64,000 nt of DNA from Eledone cirrhosa (taxonomy: Eukaryota): NCBI GenBank assembly GCA_964016885.1, contig OZ024753.1, forward strand, positions 34,906,001 through 34,970,000. Reading direction: 5' to 3'. How positions within the stretch are numbered: position 1 is the first letter of the stretch; every line of letters starts with the position of its first letter. Of the stretch, positions 60,265 through 64,000 are shown piece after piece. The notes below the pieces were generated by a model. That model was not told the DNA's origin, did no database searches, and saw nothing but the letters and a program-made list of their open reading frames with translations. The position numbers and the translations under genes were made by a program.

Positions 60265-60580
60265 GAGCAAGGTGGTTGGATAACATCTATGAGATGGGCT
60301 GGTCTTGCTTGGGGATCCAACCGGATCAGTTGGAGATTGTTGCTTCAGACAGGAGTTGCTGGAAGGAGTGTTTGAGGACTCTGTGCCCTTTGACCCTCTC
60401 ACAAATATGGGGAAGACGGTTGCTCTGACAGAACCTGCTGGAAGGAGTGTTTGAGGACTGTCACCATGACCCTCTCACAAATATGGGGGAGACGGTTGCT
60501 CTGACAGGACCTACTGGAAGGAGTGTTTGAGGACTCTGCCCCAATGACCTTCCCAGGATTAAGTCAGCTAAGAAGAAGAA
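60265..60580 (+). mobile_element. RTE (Rex3/Expander-like) LINE 3' end with triplicated terminal segment
   Basis: RWLDNIYEMGWSCLGIQPDQLEIVASDRSCWKECLRTL resembles the RWRDYISRLAWERLGIPPEELEEV C-terminus. GGAAGGAGTGTTTGAGGACT occurs at 60361, 60440 and 60516, followed by an (AAG)n tail. Confidence 0.68.
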
Positions 60581-60693
60581 CACTCAAGTTTGCACATATT
60601 TAGCATGCAAAAGGTCCTTTGAGTTATTTTCCCTCGACCTTATGAATATTTGCAGTGACAAATATGGCAACTAATGCAAGACACTCACAAAAC

Positions 60694-60739
<46 letters not shown>

Positions 60740-61082
60740 TCATTCATCATCATTTCATTTTACGTCCGCTTTTTCCCTGCTTGCAAGGGTGGGACGGGAA
60801 CTGATTCTGGCTTGATTTCTACAGCTGGATGCCCTTCCTAACACCAACCTCATTTACAGTGAGTGCTGGGTGCTTTTTTTGCCGTGGCACCTCCACGACC
60901 ACTTTACAGTGGAATGATAGGGACCCCAGTCCCTATCATCTCATTTCTACAGCTGAGTAAACTGGAGCAATGTGAAATAAAGTGTCTTGCTCAAGGAAAC
61001 AACACATCACCCGGTCTGAGAATTGAACTCACAACCTTTCGATTGCAAGGCCAATGCTCTAAAAACTAAGCCATGTGCCTCG
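60740..61082 (-). mobile_element. Composite SINE (tRNA + CORE + RTE tail)
   Basis: Reverse complement of 24531-24875 with few differences. Confidence 0.88.
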
Positions 61083-61509
61083 AGATATTTTGGCACCCTT
61101 TTTTACATAGATGTTGAAGTTGGCGACAATTGGCAAACTATTGACCTCGAATATAAGTCTACATCGCATGTTATCATCAATTTTTTTTCTCTTATATTTC
61201 TCAGCTTATACACTATATATATATATATATATGACCGTCTAACCCATGTTAGCGTGGAAGAACGGACGTAAAATGGTGATGATGATGATGATGATATATA
61301 TATATTAAATGTAATCTGAGTTTTTCAAATATTAATAACATTCGATTCATTTGCAATTATGCAAACAAGCCTCAATTTTATAGCCATGTCAGTAGAACAC
61401 TTCATTCTTGCTCTTGTGTTGGCATGTGAACAGAACGGCAGACACTAATGTTTCTGGGTATCACCCTTCATCATTCAGCCATGTCGAGTGAAATTTTCTT
61501 TTTTATAGA

Positions 61510-61875
61510 ATAATAATAATAATAATGAAATTATTGTGCTCAATGCTCAGATGCACTACAACTCATCAAAGGTGCATGTATAATGTAAAAATGTCAGGAA
61601 AGTGAACAGTGTATGAGTCATGATATACATGTGTGCATGTGTATGGAGGAGGGATATCAGGTGCAGTGTTGGCAAATTTCAGGAAGCATGGAGGTTTTGA
61701 AGCATGGAGGTTTTAAAGGATGCAGTGTCCCGGCAACTAACAACCAATGCAGGTGGTTTGTTCCATGCTTCAGCAACTCTGAGCGTGAAAAAAATGTTTC
61801 CGAAAGTCATGGGAGCTGCGTTGTTTTCTGAATTTGTAGGCATGTCCATGGGTGTTAGATGCATATCCACGGGTT
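61510..61875 (-). mobile_element. CR1/L2-like LINE 3' end
   Basis: Encodes FFTLRVAEAWNKPPALVVSCRDTASFKTSM (FF.RV..WN.LP..V....FK motif), followed by a UTR and a (TTA)n tail. Confidence 0.8.
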
Positions 61876-62183
61876 TTAGATATATCTATATTAAAATGTA
61901 AATACTTGAAATAAATAATAATTTGCAAAACCAATAAAAATAATAATAATTTGCAAAACCTCTATGGATTACTGATTACAGAACCCTCTAAGGATCACCT
62001 TATGAACAACCTCCTGAAGTAACCCTCTTGTTGAGTCAAACACCACTGTATGTTGAGACAGTCCTTGATAAGGGTTACACTAACTCTTGAATTAGAGTAA
62101 CTGAAAACGAAAAATTGTTAATCTATCTATCTACCTATATGTTAGACATAGCCTGGGCCAATACTGGCCAAAACCTATCAAAG

Positions 62184-62470
62184 TTATATATATCTATCTA
62201 TCTGGGGCGGGTAAAATTCCTGAGATCCATGGACGAGTTCTCTCCAGCGGTCTCTGTCCCTCATTATCGCTGCCATGTCCTGTGTCTCCAAGAGACCATT
62301 GTCTGTCCTTAGGGCATCAGCATATGTTAACTTCGGTCTTCCTCTTCTAGTGTGTCCATACAGGGGCTCCCACAGGAGCACTGAGTGCAGTGTCAACTTT
62401 GGATGTCGGTGAGCATGTCCAGCTAACCTCAGTTTTCTCTGTGTCACTTTGAGCTGATCAATAGCGTAAC
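62184..62470 (-). mobile_element. RTE-like LINE 3' end (third family)
   Basis: QRKLRLAGHAHRH...LLWEPLYGHTRRGRPKLTYADAL...MRDRDRWRELV, followed by an (ATAG)n tail. Confidence 0.85.
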
Positions 62471-62734
62471 ACACATAACTACTCAAACATAATGAAGACA
62501 TAATAAATCATCCTTTTATTATTTTCATATATATATACATACATATATGTATGTGTGTGGCTGCAAAAAGTTTCCCCACTGAACAGATACTTAAGAAAAT
62601 TGCTCGATAAAGTCATATTAATAAATAATGAAAATGTCCAGTGCCCGAGGTAGTATTTTAAAACATAGTTCACAGACAAGTGAAGGTGAAGAAAGATGAA
62701 GGAAAGAAACTACAGATCGATAATGGTTATGCTG

Positions 62735-62916
62735 TGTGTGTGAGTGTCTGTTATGTATGTAAGTCTGTGTGCATGTATATGGGTGTAAGTGCACAGAAGA
62801 AATAGTGTGTGAGTGTCTGTTCTGTATGCAAGTCTGTGTGCATGTATATGGGTGTAAGAAGTGCACAGAAGAAATAGTGTGTGAGTGCCTGTTATGTGTG
62901 CAAGTCTGTGTGCATG
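62735..62916. repeat. ~70-bp tandem repeat, ~2.7 copies
   Basis: GTGTGAGTGTCTGTT...AAGTCTGTGTGCATG...GTGCACAGAAGAAATA is repeated. Confidence 0.85.
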
Positions 62917-63182
62917 AAATCTTGAAATCTTAATGTTCTTGAAATCTTAAGTGCACAGAAGAAATACATACGTTTTTCAAATTGATAGGCTTGAAAACAA
63001 GCAGTTGGTAACATGAAGAAAATAGAAATGTCGTGTTTCTTTAATATAATTTATTGCAGTAACATATTAAAGTGTTCAACTTCTATTACCACATTTTACT
63101 GAGTATTTTGCCAAGTTTTGCTGCAACATAAAGCTAAATAAGTGTAAACCAACTAACCAAACGGCCATTAGATCTTTCCTTT

Positions 63183-63666
63183 CACCATCATTGTCACCAT
63201 CATCATTATCATCATCATCATCATTAATGCACTCACCAACATAATTATCATCATCATCATCAATGTCATCAACATAATTTTCATCATTGTCATCACCATT
63301 GCCATCACTATCACCATCACCATCACCATCATCAATGTCATCACCAACATAATTTTTCACCACCACCACCACCACCACCACCATCACCATCATCGTCACC
63401 ATCATTGTCATCATCATCATCAATGTCATCACCATCATCACCACTCCCCCCATCATCATCCACTTCACCATTATCATTATCATCATCATCATCAATGTCA
63501 TTGCCAACATAATTTTCATCATCACCATCATCACCACCACCATCACCATCATTGTCACCATCATCATTATCATTATCCTCATCACCGCCCCCACCCCCAC
63601 CCCCATCACCACCATCACCACCACCACCACCACCACCACCACCACCACCACCACCATCATCATCAT
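63183..63666. repeat. Degenerate (CAT/CAC)n tract
   Basis: Direct inspection. Confidence 0.92.
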
Positions 63667-64000
63667 AAGTAGCACTCTAGGTATATTACTCATGATTTAG
63701 CTGAGATGGTTTCTGAAAAAAGACCCACTCGTCTTCCAGCTCTTCCAACCTTGCATTAATTCATTGAAGTTTTCATGCTTAAATAGTTGATATAGTTCTG
63801 TACTTGTGTTAAAGCTATTTGTATCATTCTGTAGAAGCTTTCAAGCAAGTATTGTTGTTATCTTTTTACACTTGAATAGCAGTCCTTAACATGAACTACT
63901 CAAGTGACTAGGAGTTGCATAAATATAGAATATATCTTCTGGAGCAAAATAGAAGTCAAGGAAATTAGCAATGTTCTGTGTCAGTAAGAAGACATACAAA

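Overview
This is AT-rich, highly repetitive eukaryotic genomic DNA. The repeat vocabulary suggests an octopus or other coleoid cephalopod, which is an inference. No intact protein-coding gene is recognisable, and nearly all long ORFs in the supplied track are microsatellite or minisatellite artefacts. The window holds tRNA-derived SINEs of at least three architectures, truncated RTE, R4/Dong-like and CR1/L2-like LINEs, piggyBac-, hAT- and mariner-type MITEs, and large simple-repeat and minisatellite arrays, several seeded from transposon pieces. The most notable signal is four unrelated 170-280 bp-arm fold-back elements sitting in (TA)n tracts. Each carries a minimal, Penelope-type hammerhead-ribozyme motif in both arms and has a one-sided tail. 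Several further solo hammerhead motifs occur, including forms with a long stem II or a variant core. A few low-confidence candidate exons lie at 17-27.5 kb.
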